Below, in pieces: positions 43,291 through 64,000 of a stretch of 64,000 bases of DNA (position 1 is the stretch's first letter; every line of letters begins with the position of its first letter). The translations under genes and the position numbers were made by a program. Source of the stretch: the human T2T-CHM13v2.0 reference genome, Homo sapiens; assembly GCF_009914755.1 (NCBI RefSeq), contig NC_060947.1, one strand, 5' to 3'. The notes beneath the pieces were generated by a model. That model did not search any database. It had not been told where the DNA came from and was given only the letters and a program-made list of their open reading frames with translations.

Positions 43291-44014
43291 GGATGTATTC
43301 TTTTAAACGGCATTTAAACACAATCTGGCTTCAAGGGAACATTCTTTAACCACTGGGAGTTGATAGATTTTGCTTTTGTTATTAAGGATAACACTTATAT
43401 TATTGTCTAAAGGTATTTGATGGTTTTCCAACCCTTCTTCCAGTGTTTATACTTATGTATGTGTGGGGGTGGTGGCAGGCTTCCAAAAACTGTATTCCAT
43501 ATGATTTTACCTTATCATAGGGTCATATATATGTGGTTTATATGAAAATTCTTATTTGCATTATAAGTAATCTCCCTTCCACGGTTCTTGTGGGTTTTAA
43601 TGATTCATAATTAAATTTATTTTGAAATGTAATAATTTCCATTCTCTGAACACTTTACCATGTATTAAAAACTGGCCTTAGTCAATTTGATTTTATCTAT
43701 GTTTATTTATATGGAGATAATGGTAGTCATTAAAAAAGTTTGAGATGAATTGGGATTACTTACTTTATTGCAATCTCCCTACGAAGTTATAATGAAAGCA
43801 AGTCTCAGACCAAATTTTGTCTTACACATTAACATTTATTAAATGAACATTGATTAATAGCAGTAACAAAAGAGCTCATATAAACAGTTTTTTAAGGTTG
43901 ATGAAGTCCCAGCTCTCTGTCCTTTTAAAGGCTTTTAACAAAACATACCTCAATGAGTCACAGGAGGAAGGCACACTCACATTTTAGAAGCAGAATTTTT
44001 AAAAATCTTGTTTT

Positions 44015-44418
<404 letters not shown>

Positions 44419-44664
44419 TCACCACTATCTAATTCCAGAACATTTAATCCTAAAAGGACACTTCGTACTTATTAAGCAGTGACTCCCCATTGCCTCTCCT
44501 TTAACCTCTGGCAACCACTAATCTACTTACTGTCTATACAGATCTACCTATTCTAAAAGTTTCTTATAAATGAAATCAGAGAATGATTTTGTGACTGTCT
44601 TCTTTCTCTTAGCATAATATTTTTAAGGTTCATCATGTTGTAGCATTTATGAATTCATTATTCC

Positions 44665-44994
<330 letters not shown>

Positions 44995-45484
44995 TGAATA
45001 ATATTCCACTCTATAGACATACCACATTTAAAAAATTCATTCATTCACTGATGACCATTTGGGTTGCCTCCACATTTCGGCTATTATGAATAGGGTTGCT
45101 ATGAATATTCATGTGCAATATTTGTTTGATTACCTATTTTCAATGATTTTGGATATATACCTAGGAGCAGAATCACTGGGTCATATGGTAATTCTATATT
45201 TAATTTTTGAGAAACTGCTAAACTACTTTCCACTTGGCTGCAACATTTTACATTCCCACCAGCAATGTGTAGGGAGCTCCCATTTCCCTACATCCCCAAC
45301 AACATGTATTATTATTATTATTATTTTAAATAGCCATCCTAGTGGGTGTGAAGTATCTCATTGTGGTTTTGATTTTCATTTCCCTGATGACTCATGATGT
45401 TGAGTATGTTTTCAGGTACTTACTGACCATTTGTGTATTTTCTTTGGGAAATGTCTATTCAGATCCTTTGCACTCGCCCTCAAC

Positions 45485-46385
<901 letters not shown>

Positions 46386-46449
46386 TCTGGCCTGCCCATT
46401 TTTAAATTGGATTGTTTCTCCTTTTGTCATGGAGTTGTACTCTTTTTAT

Positions 46450-49073
<2,624 letters not shown>

Positions 49074-50869
49074 TAGAAGCCTGCTATATAGCAAATCTCA
49101 AGTCCAAAGAGCATTTATGGGAACTCACAGGAGTGGTCTTTGTTGGAGGTGTCCAGGAAGATCTACACACCTCCAACCAGTGTGGCTTTAGTGCTTGTGT
49201 GGTCTGAGATTGGGCCATAAATTGAACTTGAGCCTCATTTTTTCCCTCCAGCCCCGCCACTGGAGTACACCACTGCCTGCTCAGAATTTTAGTTTCTCTT
49301 GTCTGTCACAAGGCCCTAGGAATGTAGAGAAGATAAGATGCACTTTTGCGTTCAATAGAAGTGGAGAAGCATAGCCATTTAGGAAAGCAATTAGCGATTG
49401 ATGACTGGAAGTAGTTGGAAACATGAATTCAGTTTTTCCCTTGTAGTATATCTCATATCTTTTCTTGTAGTATAGCTCATATTGTGGCTTAATGGGCCAA
49501 CTTTTCACAGGCTCTGGAAAGCATATTCAGCTTTCTAGTAACATTTTCAAGTTAACCCCAACTGAAGATGTGGTCATTTACAGAATGAGATTTGAGGAAG
49601 CAGCTGGCAGTATACTTCTCCCTCCAAGTTCACTGCCAGTCATTCCACAATTTCTCAATTTCTTTGTGCCTTCAGGAAACTCCTAGCAAAATACCAAGTT
49701 CAGTATGGGTTCTACTAAAGTCTTTTCAGAGTAGACTCCCCTGAAAAGTGACTTTCTTTCCTTTTCATCAACTTTTGGAGAGCAGTCAACAGCATGGGGA
49801 CCATCAAAGTTACACTGAGGGAAATGAGGATATCAGAAACTTTCCAGATGGCTTGAAATGAATGCAGGTGTGCCTGGAACTCTGCCATTGCTCCTCATCC
49901 TGAAATGGTAGTCAGTAAATGCACTTCTGGTAAACAATTCCAATTTTAAATGTGTCAGTGGAATATGCCAGCTAAAGAAATCCAGGAATGAATCTGTTTG
50001 TTCAGCAAATAAGTCTCCCTGTTTTTGAAGTTTGCATTTTTATTGAGGTTTCTTAGATTCTTAAAGTGGTTTCAGAAAGTTTCATCACAAAAGATATTTA
50101 ACCTAAGTAGACAAGCTGATTTAGATGGTGAGTTGTATGCATATATGGACAAAGGAGGAGAGAAGGGGAAAGATTTGTATAGATGGGCTATGGTGTGTAC
50201 ACATGTGTGTGTATCTGGCAGGTAGAGGTGACTAACATTTATTGATGTTTACTATGTGTCAGGAACTACACTAAGTGTTTTTCAGGAACCATTTTTTTTG
50301 ACTCTCATGTCAACTCTGAGGTAGATACTATTATTCTCCTCTTACTGCTTAGAGAGGTTAAGTAATTTGCTCAAGGTCACAGTAGAATGGAGATTTGTTT
50401 CTAGGTAACAGGAGAGGCAGTTCTAGCTGTGGGACCTTAGGCAAGTTCTCTCTCTCTCTGGGCTTCAGTTTCCTCATCTGTTAAATGAAAGGTTGTCTTT
50501 AGAGTACTTCTGGCTCTGACAGTCTATAATTCTACATTTCTGGGCTGCTTCCTATGTTTTCTGGGTGTTGTTTCCTAAGGAGAGAAAGGCCAGAAGTCAA
50601 CAATGACTGACCTGCTAGTAGGGATATTTCACAATGTTGTCAGAGACAGCAGGGTACCATGGACAATACATTTGTTTGGGTTTTTGTGTTGTTGGTGGTG
50701 GTTTTTCATTACCTTGATCTGAGTTCTGGACGCTATTAAAACACTTCGTTCTCATCATTAACTTCTGTCTTAAGAAAGACGGAAACCCAGACCATTTATT
50801 GTAATTTTTCCCTGACTACATTTTTATTTTTCAGTGCTTCTTATTTTCCCAAAGTGCTGTCCCTGTGTG

Positions 50870-51110
50870 TTCCATTCATTTAATGACAAATATTTATCGA
50901 GTGTCTACTATGTGCAAAATATTTTTCTAGGCACTGAGGATACATTGATGAATAAAACAGGCACATATTTCTGCCCTCATGGAGCTTATATTTTAGTGTG
51001 GTGAACAGGAAATGAATGAAAGATAGTCATTCAATATACAGTAGTATGTTAAATGGTGATAAATTCTATGGTAGAAAATAGAGCAGAATGAGGGACTTGG
51101 GAGTGCTCTG
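50870..51110 (-). mobile_element. L2a 3' end
   Basis: cattcatttaatgacaaatatttatcgagtgtctactatgtgc...ctgccctcatggagcttatattttagtg. Confidence 0.8.
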
Positions 51111-51444
51111 TACAATTGCTTACTATGTCCTTGGGAAAATCAGTGCTAGTTTTTTTTTTTTTTTTTTTTTTATCAGAGCATGGATAACAGGACATTTCTT
51201 ACTTAGGCAAATAAGCATAGACTTTGGAGTTAGATAGACCTATTTTGATTTGCGACCTTGGGCAACTGTATCCCAGCTTTGCAACCTTGGGCAACTAATT
51301 TTCATTGAGCCTTGTATCAGCCAGTGTTCTATCAGAGAAGCAGAACCATTAGGAGTGATACAAAGCAAAGGATTTATTATGGAGATCAGATCTTATGTAA
51401 TTGTGGGAGCTGATTAAACAGTTCCTGTAAGTCTGTTGTTCTGG

Positions 51445-51746
51445 GGCCGGGCACGGTGGCTCATGCTTGTAATCCCAGCACTTTGGGAGGCCGAGGCGGG
51501 TGGATCCCCTGAGGTCAGGAGTTCGAGACCAGCCTGGCCAACATGGCAAAACCCTGTCTCTACTAAAAATACAAAAATTAGCCGGGCATGGTGGCGCACA
51601 CCTGTAGTCCCAGCTACTTTGGGAGGCTGAGGCAGGAAGATCGGTAGAACCTGGGAGGCAGAAGTTGCAGTAGCTGAGATCGCACCACTGCACTCCAGCC
51701 TGGGCAACAGAGTGAGACTCCATCTCAAAAAAAAAAAAAAAAAAAA
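51445..51746 (+). mobile_element. AluSx-like
   Basis: Full Alu with A20 tail; TSD-like aag(t/a)ctgt(t/c)gttc. Confidence 0.95.
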
Positions 51747-51890
51747 GACTGTCGTTCCCGATCTGATGCTGGGCCTGAAGTCAGCAGGGCAGATAGTCAA
51801 GAAAGATGGATGTGAAGTGGGAGGAGAGCAAGGTCACACTAGAACTTATGAGGATTAGCTGGAACCCAAATATACCTCTCACAGTCTCTA

Positions 51891-52371
<481 letters not shown>

Positions 52372-53579
52372 TTAGCAGTTGCTGTGGGCTCAGACATGCC
52401 CCAAGCCAAAGTTAAGAGCCAGGAGAGAAGAGACAACATACTTAAGCTGCAACCATACCAAGTACCCTCCTCTGATCTTCTGGGCCTAAGAAGATGAGGG
52501 TAGCTGCTTCACTTCTGCCTCCCGAGTTTCATGCAACATATATCTGGTGGTCCATGCTAACCCAGCCTATTTAGAATAGAGAAGGGAATTGTAGAGATTC
52601 TAGTTCCAGCTTAGCTTGGTTGACAGTGTACAAATCCATCACAAGCCGATATCTTAATGGGAATAATAATACCTAATTCACAGGATTTTTGGGAAGAATA
52701 AATGAGTTAATCTGTGTAAAAGTATCTAGCACATAGTAGATAATCAAAATTTTTTTTCTTTCTTTCTCCTACTCTTTGGCCAAGGAATAGCATAATTTCA
52801 GGCCTCAGGGCCGTGAAGATTTTACGTATTTATTTACTGGGGGAAGGTGCTGTGGGGACTGTGAGGATACCTGTTTAAATTATTAAATGATTATATCAGA
52901 TTGCAAATTACTTGTTATAACTATATTTGAGGTTGACTCTGTTTGAGGATGTGGAATATACACTGAATGCCCCAGGCCATTGAAGATACATTTAGCATAC
53001 ATACATATACAAACAATGAAAACAGATAGAAAGAAATCATATAAATTGGTGGAAAAACAAATTTAATTTATGAAGTCACAGAGTCAAAGAATGTCAGACC
53101 TGGTAGGAGCTTAGGAGGAGGTCAAATATTTCAATACTTAATTTTCACAGATGATAAACTGAGGCTCAGAGAGGAGAAGTAAATTGGGTAAATTCACTAC
53201 TTGTTTGGTCCAGAAACATTTTTTATAGGATTTTTTTAGGATCCTATAGAACTTGTTAAATATATTGTAAGGATATTGTTGAAGACTTCAGACACTTTAT
53301 TATTCAGTATCTTCTATATGACATCCCCACATGAGAAATTTTAGAACTAAGTGCCAGGAAAAACTTTGTTTAACCCGAAGAAGTAGTATGCTTTTATTCC
53401 TCATGGACAATATAAATCTGGTAAATGATCATGAGGAAACATGATCATTTTGCTTTGGCTGCCAGGATGTTCAGAGCCAAATTTGTAGCCCTAACTTTAC
53501 TAACCATGTAGGTCTCTATGAGCCTCAATATAGATGTCTTACCTTTGCCTCTGGCTTTGTTGCTTTTTTTCTTCTTGTC

Positions 53580-53692
53580 TTGATTTTTAGTTAATAGAAT
53601 TTTTATATTTTTAGTTAATATGATTTTTATATTTAATGTGATATATATCACATTATATATTTTATATATATATAATATATATATATAAAATA
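53580..53692. repeat. AT-rich low-complexity sequence and (TA)n
   Basis: atttttagttaata duplicated, followed by degenerate (TA)n. Confidence 0.75.
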
Positions 53693-56309
53693 AGTGGCCT
53701 CAAATTCTTTGTGGTATGAGGAAGGATATAAACACACAAATAGAAAAATCCTATATTATTTGACCTCTGTGGTGCAGTGAAAAAGCACTGGGCATGGAAT
53801 AAATTCTAGTCTAGGCTCTGCCATTTTAATAGACTTCTCTGAACTTCAGTTTCTTTGAGCAGCTTGGATATTGTAACTTCTGGTATGATTCAGAAGACAG
53901 CCTTTTTAGAAGAGTATAGAAGTGTCTAAAACCTTGTGTGTCTGCCCCTTATATAAAAAGTGTTTTGGGGAACTTGACTCTCAGTTAAGAGATTCAGGGT
54001 GATTTGAAATGAGGATTTTACTCAATTCTGGATAAGAGACCAGAGTTAGATTAAGTTTCTAGATTGGTGAGAGAATAGTACATAAAGTAGAATGTGTTCA
54101 TTTATTTGCTTGGATTTTTATTTTTTTTAATTTAAAAAATTATACGGTAAAATGGACTTTTTGGTGAGTACGCATTCTATGAGTTTTAACACATGTATAG
54201 ATTCACATAACCACCACAAGCAGGAAACAGAACAGTTCCATCTCCTCAGAAAACTCCCTCTGGCTCTCCTTTTATAGTCAAACTCTCCTCCCACACATAT
54301 GCCTTGATTTTATTTATTTTAAAATGTCCTCCCCAACATTTTATGAGAATAGATTAAGATAAATTTGATGCAGCCATTCACTTTATAGAGTTCCTACTGT
54401 ATGCTCACCACTGTGGTAGGTTCTGCAGGCTGTGTAAGGAGTATCATATGTGGACCAGGGCTTCAGGTATGTTACAGTGTGGTTGGCAAGGTCAGCTTAA
54501 TACATTGGAAACAATTAGAGGAGCCTATAAGACACTGTATAAGCAAGTGTTAAATTGGTACAGATCAGAAGATGGGGAAACATCTGTCTGTGTTTGAATA
54601 TAGGCTTCTGCAAGCGAATGACACACTACTCATATTTGTATGTATCTTTCTGTGTGAGGACAGACTGAAATGTATTTAGAAATGTAGAGTTAAGTTTTAC
54701 CTCTAAAAGGGATATATTAGTCTAAACAGATGAAAGAGAATCACAGGATTGTGAGAGTATTTACAAAAGTCTTCAGAATCTATAGTCAAGGAAGTCTACC
54801 TAAGTGCAAAAAACTATTTTATTTTTATAAGATGTGGAGAGACAGATGATTGCCAAATGGCTTTGCTCTGTGTCCAGAGAAATTTAACGAAGCTGACAGC
54901 CAGATATCTATTGCAGAAGTCTGACTAGAATTTTCCATTATGAATACAGTGCATGTGAATTCTGAACATATGGCTTCCATCAGTGATCTATGAGGAGGTG
55001 ATGGAATGTAGGTTGGCGAAGACAAGAGGAAGGCCAAGTCTCTGACTCTAAAGTGAGAGGCAGCTGGACCCCATATGTGTGTATGTTTAGAGTTGGAGCC
55101 AGCTTTATGTCAAGGGAGTAGGCAGTCACCCAAGCCTCATGATTTGTAGGGTGTAGAGAAAGGATCTTCCTTTGCCAAATTCTTTCCCTACAGGCAAGCC
55201 CCAAAGCCTGAACTTTCCATTAGAGAAAGAAACAAAATATTGTGTCTTCCAAAGCCCCTCTTTAAAATATAAGGAGCTGGGTAGGGGGTGGGACACCAAC
55301 CCATTAAACTGGAAATAGCTATCAGAGTCTTGATGTAGAGCAGTTTATCTAATAAGCCTAGTGAAACTGGAGGGAAGAGTAGGACCCATGAGATGGGGTA
55401 GGTCTGTGTGTCTGTGGGTGTGTGCATGTGTCTTCATGTACACACATGCTGGGAGTCAGTGTGTTTGCAGAAAACCTGGCCCCCATACAGATTAGAATGG
55501 TAATATTGAGTGCACATTTACATATTCCAGCTCATTTGCTACATGTTGGGTGCCTGCAATGGTTTACTCTCCAAGGTGGCAGGCCTCCCTGGTATCAACC
55601 AGGATACAGGTTACTGCAGAGATTTGTTAAGAATCGATTAAGAAGACAACCTTCTGAGGTACCCTTGGCCTGAATATCTCGAAGGGCCTTTTAAGACACC
55701 TTCCAGCCAGCCCTCGCAGAAAGTGGGGGTAAAGTCAGGAGTGTGAAGCCCATGACATGAATGGAGAGAATAGCTATTAAAGAAGTTGTCACTTCTCTAA
55801 AAATAACCTAGATATTTAGGGTACAAGCAGGACTGTCTGGTGTGTATGTGATGAGAGCCAGAAGCCCCACCCTTTCTGAGCAAATGAGGTGATATGAAGA
55901 GCAGAACTTTCTGACCATGTCCTTTATACCTGACACCCTAGGTATGGTCCTGTCTTGCATCCTGAAAACTGTCCTTACTTCTCAACAAAATTGCTTCTGG
56001 AGTCCTCTTTTCAAGCTATTTTTAGCAATTAGTCCAACCTTGCTAAGCTGTGAAAGCACATAAAGCTTATTTTTCTTTTGAAAATGAAGGAAAATGTATT
56101 CTAAGAAGCTATGAAGATGTGCAGGATCTCACTAAATGTTAGATTTGACTATTTGAAATGTGCAGGACTAATCAGTTCAGAGGATTGTCCAACCCTTGGA
56201 ATATGGAAGAGCATTGGACCTACAGAGAAGGAGCTTCACAAAACTTAAAATCTAGTGCCAAAATGTCTGCTGCATTCATTGATCCTCTTTGACATCAAAG
56301 TGTTAATTT

Positions 56310-56615
<306 letters not shown>

Positions 56616-58917
56616 TTATCTTACAATTTGGTGTGATTTCGGTAATTATATAACTGAGCCTTTTGTATTAAAAAGGCAAGTACTTTGCAGATTGGTTTGG
56701 GGTGGAGAAAATCAACAAAACCCCATGTGGGTGTGGTGCTGGCTTTTCTGAGTTCATTGTTGGACGGAAAATTCAGACTACTTCTCAGCCTGAGTCATCT
56801 GAAAAAATTGGATTTGCTAATTTGCAGGTGGAAAATGTAATGTGCCTGTTAATTTCTTCAGATGATGACATTTAAAGGTGAAAGTGATAATGGTGCTGGG
56901 GAGGTGTACCTGGGGATCATGGGCTTTATGGTGCTGGGTCAGAGCTGCCATTGAGGTCAGGTGAATTGGCTTTGGTCAAAGGGCAGAAGCCAGGGCTCTA
57001 GTATAATTTCCCTGTAGACTGATAATGGAAATTTCCCATTACAACTTGTGGGCATATGATGTAATTGGAGATTCATAAATAGATTTCTTGGGCCCTGAGA
57101 CCTACTTTCTGTTGGCCAAATTTGTGTTTGTAACTTTTGGATGGTATCCAGCAATGGGGACACTACCAACTTTCTCAATAGCCTGTTCCATTTTTAGAGA
57201 GGCCAAGAAACTCTTATTTCTAGCCATGCTGCTCCTACTTAAATCTACCCATTTCTTCTTGGTCAGTGTTTCATTTACATGATAATAACTTCTCAGCATT
57301 GTTCTCTTCAAATTCCTTCATGGACTATTGGACCACACTCCTCAAGTCTTCTCTAGGCTAAATAACTTTCTGTAGTGATAATGTAGGCCTTTCTCAATTC
57401 ACTCATAAAGAAATGAGTCTTTAGGATTCTTGCTTTTACAATAATAACGATAACAATAACAATAGCTAATAATTGCCCTTTCTTTTTAGAAAAAGCTGAC
57501 ATTTATGGAGTGCTTACTAATTGCCGGCCAGTGTACTAAGGATTTTACATGTGTTGGTTCATTTTATCTTCCTGATAACCCAGTGCAGGTACGAGCTACT
57601 ATTTTGCTCTTTTAAAGATTAGGAACTTGAAAGTGAGAGTTAATTTGTCCAGTTCATACTGTAAGTTTAACGAGTATCTTTCTGTGATGCTCTATGGCTT
57701 CCCTGATCATTGAGATTATTCTGGCTTTTTTGTATTTATTGTTCACATATGTCTGTATACACACACACACTCACTCTCACACACATACATACACAAACAT
57801 ATGGGAAAATAAGTGTGGGTAAATTTGCTAGATGCATGTCATGCTGCCTTGTGCCATGCCAAGGTACTAACATCTTTAAAGGAAAGAGTAGCTGACCTTC
57901 ATCTGTACTGAAATTATTCCCTTAGGAATATTTCATTTCTCTTTTCCATTAATAAGCTGCCTTGAAGAGCAAATTAGTTCGGTGAAGGATGCTACATTAA
58001 GTTTCAAAGTGCTAGAGCCAAAGGAATTTTAATATTTTCACCTTTATTCTGTCCACATATGTTGTAGATGATAAAATTCTACAGCAATTCCTACTGTGTG
58101 CATTGCCTCTCAGACCTAGAGGCTGTCAGGTGATGGCTAAGAGGAACCACTGCATATCCCAAGTGAAAGGACTACTGTATAGGCCACTTTGTAGCCCTTT
58201 ACAGTCTAGTAGGAGAAATGGGCATAAGCATATGTTGTAGGTGAGAACAAACCATGCTGCGTGTGGTACCTGTGTACTACATACATTTTGAGAGTTGCTC
58301 CTGGCCGTTGGAGGAGAGAGTGAAGTGTACATTTTCAGGGGATTTAATAGTGCCTGAAAGTTCAGAAATCCAGGATGTGGCATTTGGTTTTGGATTTGAA
58401 GGCAAGGAACCAAGGAAGAGTAGAGGAATTCCTGAAGTGGAATTCATTAGTTTTGTATCGGAATTGAGCTGCCAGTCACAGATTGGCACTGCTGTGTGCC
58501 ATGATGGGCTGGAGGCAGAAGGAAGAGCAGCAAGACTTGGATCCTAAACCTGTCTTTGCTACTTTGGAGGTCTGTAACCTTGGGCAAGTTAAATCGTACC
58601 TCTGGGCCTCAGTTTCCCCACTTGTAAAGTGAGCACAAGACCATATGTACCTCATAGGCTTGTAATGGTTAAAAAGATTAATAAATGGGGGATGGCTTTG
58701 AGTCTAGAAAGAAAATTAGAAACGTTAGCCATCACTAATAATTATATTTTAGATGTACTCTAGACGAATTTTTTATTAGCTTTTTTCTTTCAAAACTAAG
58801 TCTATTACTTTCCCAAATATGTCTCACAGTATGGAATTGAAAAATATTGTTTTTAGCACATGATAGAATAAAGTTTAGCCACTGATCCTATTTTGCCTCC
58901 TTTAGCCCAAGCTCTGA

Positions 58918-59304
<387 letters not shown>

Positions 59305-59478
59305 TAATGCACTGCCTGCCACTCACCTACTCATTTGGCTTTAATTCTCATGGCTTGCCCTTAATCAATAGCTTAGGACAGTGGTTTCCAAAGTGGGGAT
59401 GTATGGATCCACGGGGGTTGTGCAAGATGATCTATTTGGGTGTGGAGAAAACATTAAAATTTCTATTTACTTTTTCTA

Positions 59479-59606
59479 TTTTTTTTTTTAGAGCCCAGGG
59501 TCTAAGAAAAACAAAACAAAACAAAACAACTCCTGGGCTCAAGTGATCCTCCTAACTCAGCCTCCTGAATAGCTGGGACTATAGGTGGATTCCACCATGC
59601 TTGGCT
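59479..59606 (-). mobile_element. FLAM-like Alu monomer with internal rearrangement
   Basis: actcctgggctcaagtgatcctcc...agctgggactatagg...ccaccatgcttggc. Confidence 0.75.
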
Positions 59607-60577
59607 TACTTCCTAGTGTTTAATCTTTCAATTGACAGTGCTACTCATTTGGACCTGTGTTAGAGATGTGTCACGTATGTTTGTCAGCACCCTGCAGAAA
59701 GAGTAGGGGTTTCATAATTCAAAGTGATTTTCAGCAATGGCCTCACTCGTTTTTTGCTTTCAGTATATTGCAAAATACTGTGGTTTACCTGTGCAGGGAG
59801 AAGGCTATAGTTTATATAATCTTAACTGATAGACTCTTTTATATGGTTTGTAAGGAGATGGAGATTGACCATGAAAATCTTTAGTGCCACTCTGAGATCT
59901 CACTAGTTATCTTGAGGAAAATATTTAAAAAATTGTTCAACTTAGGGATGAGTTACATACAGTATTTTTCTTCTAAACAAAGACAAGTGTTCCAAATTTG
60001 CTTATCTTTTCTTGCTAAGCAGTTGGCAATACCCAGAAGATATTGTTTTTTAAAAAGTGAATTTTAATAATGAGTGAAAAGTAAATGCTTTAAAAAAGCA
60101 TATCTTAAAAATGGATGCTGAAAAATGTTTCTATCTTCTCTGTGGTTTTGTTGCTTTGCCACCTACCATAAAAACCCCTAGTACCTGCATAATTTTAAAA
60201 GTTGGAAATAAACATTTCTAACCTCTTTAAAGCTTTTTCAAAGGAAAGATTTTGGCAAATTTTGATCCCATTTGTTAAAAATGGCAATATATCATGCCTT
60301 CTGATTAGTTTGCAGGCACAGCTGATTGACATCAGGAACTAAGAAAATTTATTAGACAAATTACAGCAAACACGTTTGAATAATTGAAGGATGAAGTAAA
60401 AAACACATTCAGGATTACATATTAAGCATAGACAATGATGTACTTCTTTTTGAATCTATGTATCTTTATGAGCTCTCTTTTTCAACCAAGATATTTATTA
60501 AAACCTAGCAAATAATCTGATTTAGAACAAGTCCTTCAAATTGCTGTAACGTAAGATTTAAAAAATTAAACAATGTT

Positions 60578-60903
<326 letters not shown>

Positions 60904-61432
60904 TCATTTGATAAATTATATCAAACAATAATTTTAAGTGAGAACAAAATCATTTTTGTACCATTTAGAGTCTTAAGTATTGCTGTTTTAATAATTCTTT
61001 TAAAATTCATATTTCTGTATATGTTTATATCATAATGTATGCAATAATATAGTTGTACTGTATAAATAATTTGTAAATAAATAAACTCATATTTAATTTT
61101 GGGGTGGCATGGGCTTTAAAAACCTGATTGTGTTAAAATTTGGAGGCCGCTAAACTAGACTACTAGCTGCTCTAGACACTTGACAGCGAACATAGCCTTG
61201 AGTTATCTGCTACAGTTCCCAGGCAAGAGCCTGGCTGAGAGAGCTGAAATTTAGGTAAGGGACATGCTAACCATCCCTCCCACTGACTCAAATAGGTATT
61301 ATGCATTCAATCCTTGGCTCAAGCTAGACCATTGATAGGCTACATATCTAGCTTAAGGATAGGTTAAGGTGAAATCGTAGAGCAGGCAAGGTGCTAGAAG
61401 GAGCGTATGGGTCAATAACTGGAGAAGGAGAA

Positions 61433-61740
61433 GCCAGGTGCGGTGGCTCACGCCTGTAATTCCAGCACTTTGGGAGGCCAAGGCCGGTGGATTGCCTGAG
61501 CTCAAGAGTTCGCAACCAGCCTGGGCAACATGGTGAAACCCTGTCTCTACTAAAATACAAAAAATTAGCGGGGCGTGACGGCATGCACCTGTAGTCCCAG
61601 CTACTCGGGAGGCTGAGGGAGAACTGCTTGAATCTGGGAGGCGGAGGTTGCAGTGAGCTGAGATCACGCCAGGCACTCCAACCTGGGCGACAGAGCGAGA
61701 CTCTGTCTCAAAAACAAATCAATCAAACAAACAAAAATAA
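61433..61740 (+). mobile_element. AluS with 19-bp TSD
   Basis: aataactggagaaggagaa at 61414-61432 and 61741-61759. Confidence 0.95.
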
Positions 61741-62451
61741 AATAACTGGAGAAGGAGAAATGAATCAAGGTATGGAAGGATTGAAATTTTGTGACACTCT
61801 CCATCTCCAGACTGACCCGCCTCAGGTCTTAGAAAGGTCATCCCGAGGTAATACTCTACAGCACATCTCATTCCCTTTATGAACCTGCCTCTAGTCAGTC
61901 ACACAAAGCACACAAGACCACAAAGAAGACAAAGCGCTGAACGGTATTATCTTCTCTTGTTCCTTAATCGTTTTACACATGTAAACCCTGGATAATGTGG
62001 TAGTAGTTAAAAGCAAGAACATCAGACAGACCTTAATTTGAATCCTGGTTCCACTGGTTGCTTGCTGGCTCTGACTTCTTTTGAATCCTAGTTTCTTCAT
62101 CCACAAAATGAAGATACTAATACCTACCTCTCAGGGTAGTTGAGAGAATTAAATTCATAGGAAGCATTTAGTAAGTAATCTGGCATATATCAGGTACTAA
62201 TAATGATGGCATTATTCACCAGATTGTTACCTCCTGATGGTTGGAACCATGCTAGGTGCTCTTTTTTTTTTCTATACCCACAATGCCTAACACAGATCTA
62301 AGTATACACTAGGCGTGCTCATTTACTACTTGTTGAACTGAATAGAATTAGTGGGAAAGACGTGTCAGGACAAAGTTGATTTAGGAATCTAGTGCAATCT
62401 GACATTAGAGACTTTCAACTAATTTACTTTCCTTATCTCTGCTGTATGAAC

Positions 62452-64000
<1,549 letters not shown>

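Overview
Primate, most likely human, genomic DNA. It is repeat-dense, with about 34 Alu copies plus L1, L2, MIR, ERV/MaLR LTRs and hAT DNA transposons. I found no intact protein-coding exon, RNA gene or CpG island. The only gene-derived sequence is a 5'-complete, intronless HSPA8 (HSC70) processed pseudogene on the minus strand (about 2863-4540). It carries a large in-frame internal deletion, contains an Alu, and sits inside an older L1. A decayed hAT-Charlie transposase lies at about 59.4-61.2 kb. Several repeat-free blocks (about 14.6-17.5, 22.2-22.8, 29.3-30.1 and 38.6-38.8 kb) carry CTCF, homeodomain, POU, NF-Y or NF-kB-like motifs and are candidate cis-regulatory elements. The most unusual signal is a set of fold-back or templated-insertion scars inside old repeats, including one where 29 bp appear copied from an L1 1.6 kb away into an 18-bp perfect inverted repeat. 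Repeat subfamily names and HSPA8 comparisons come from recalled consensus sequences and need RepeatMasker/BLAST confirmation; boundaries without a stated TSD are approximate. I see no convincing evidence of a wholly new biological system.
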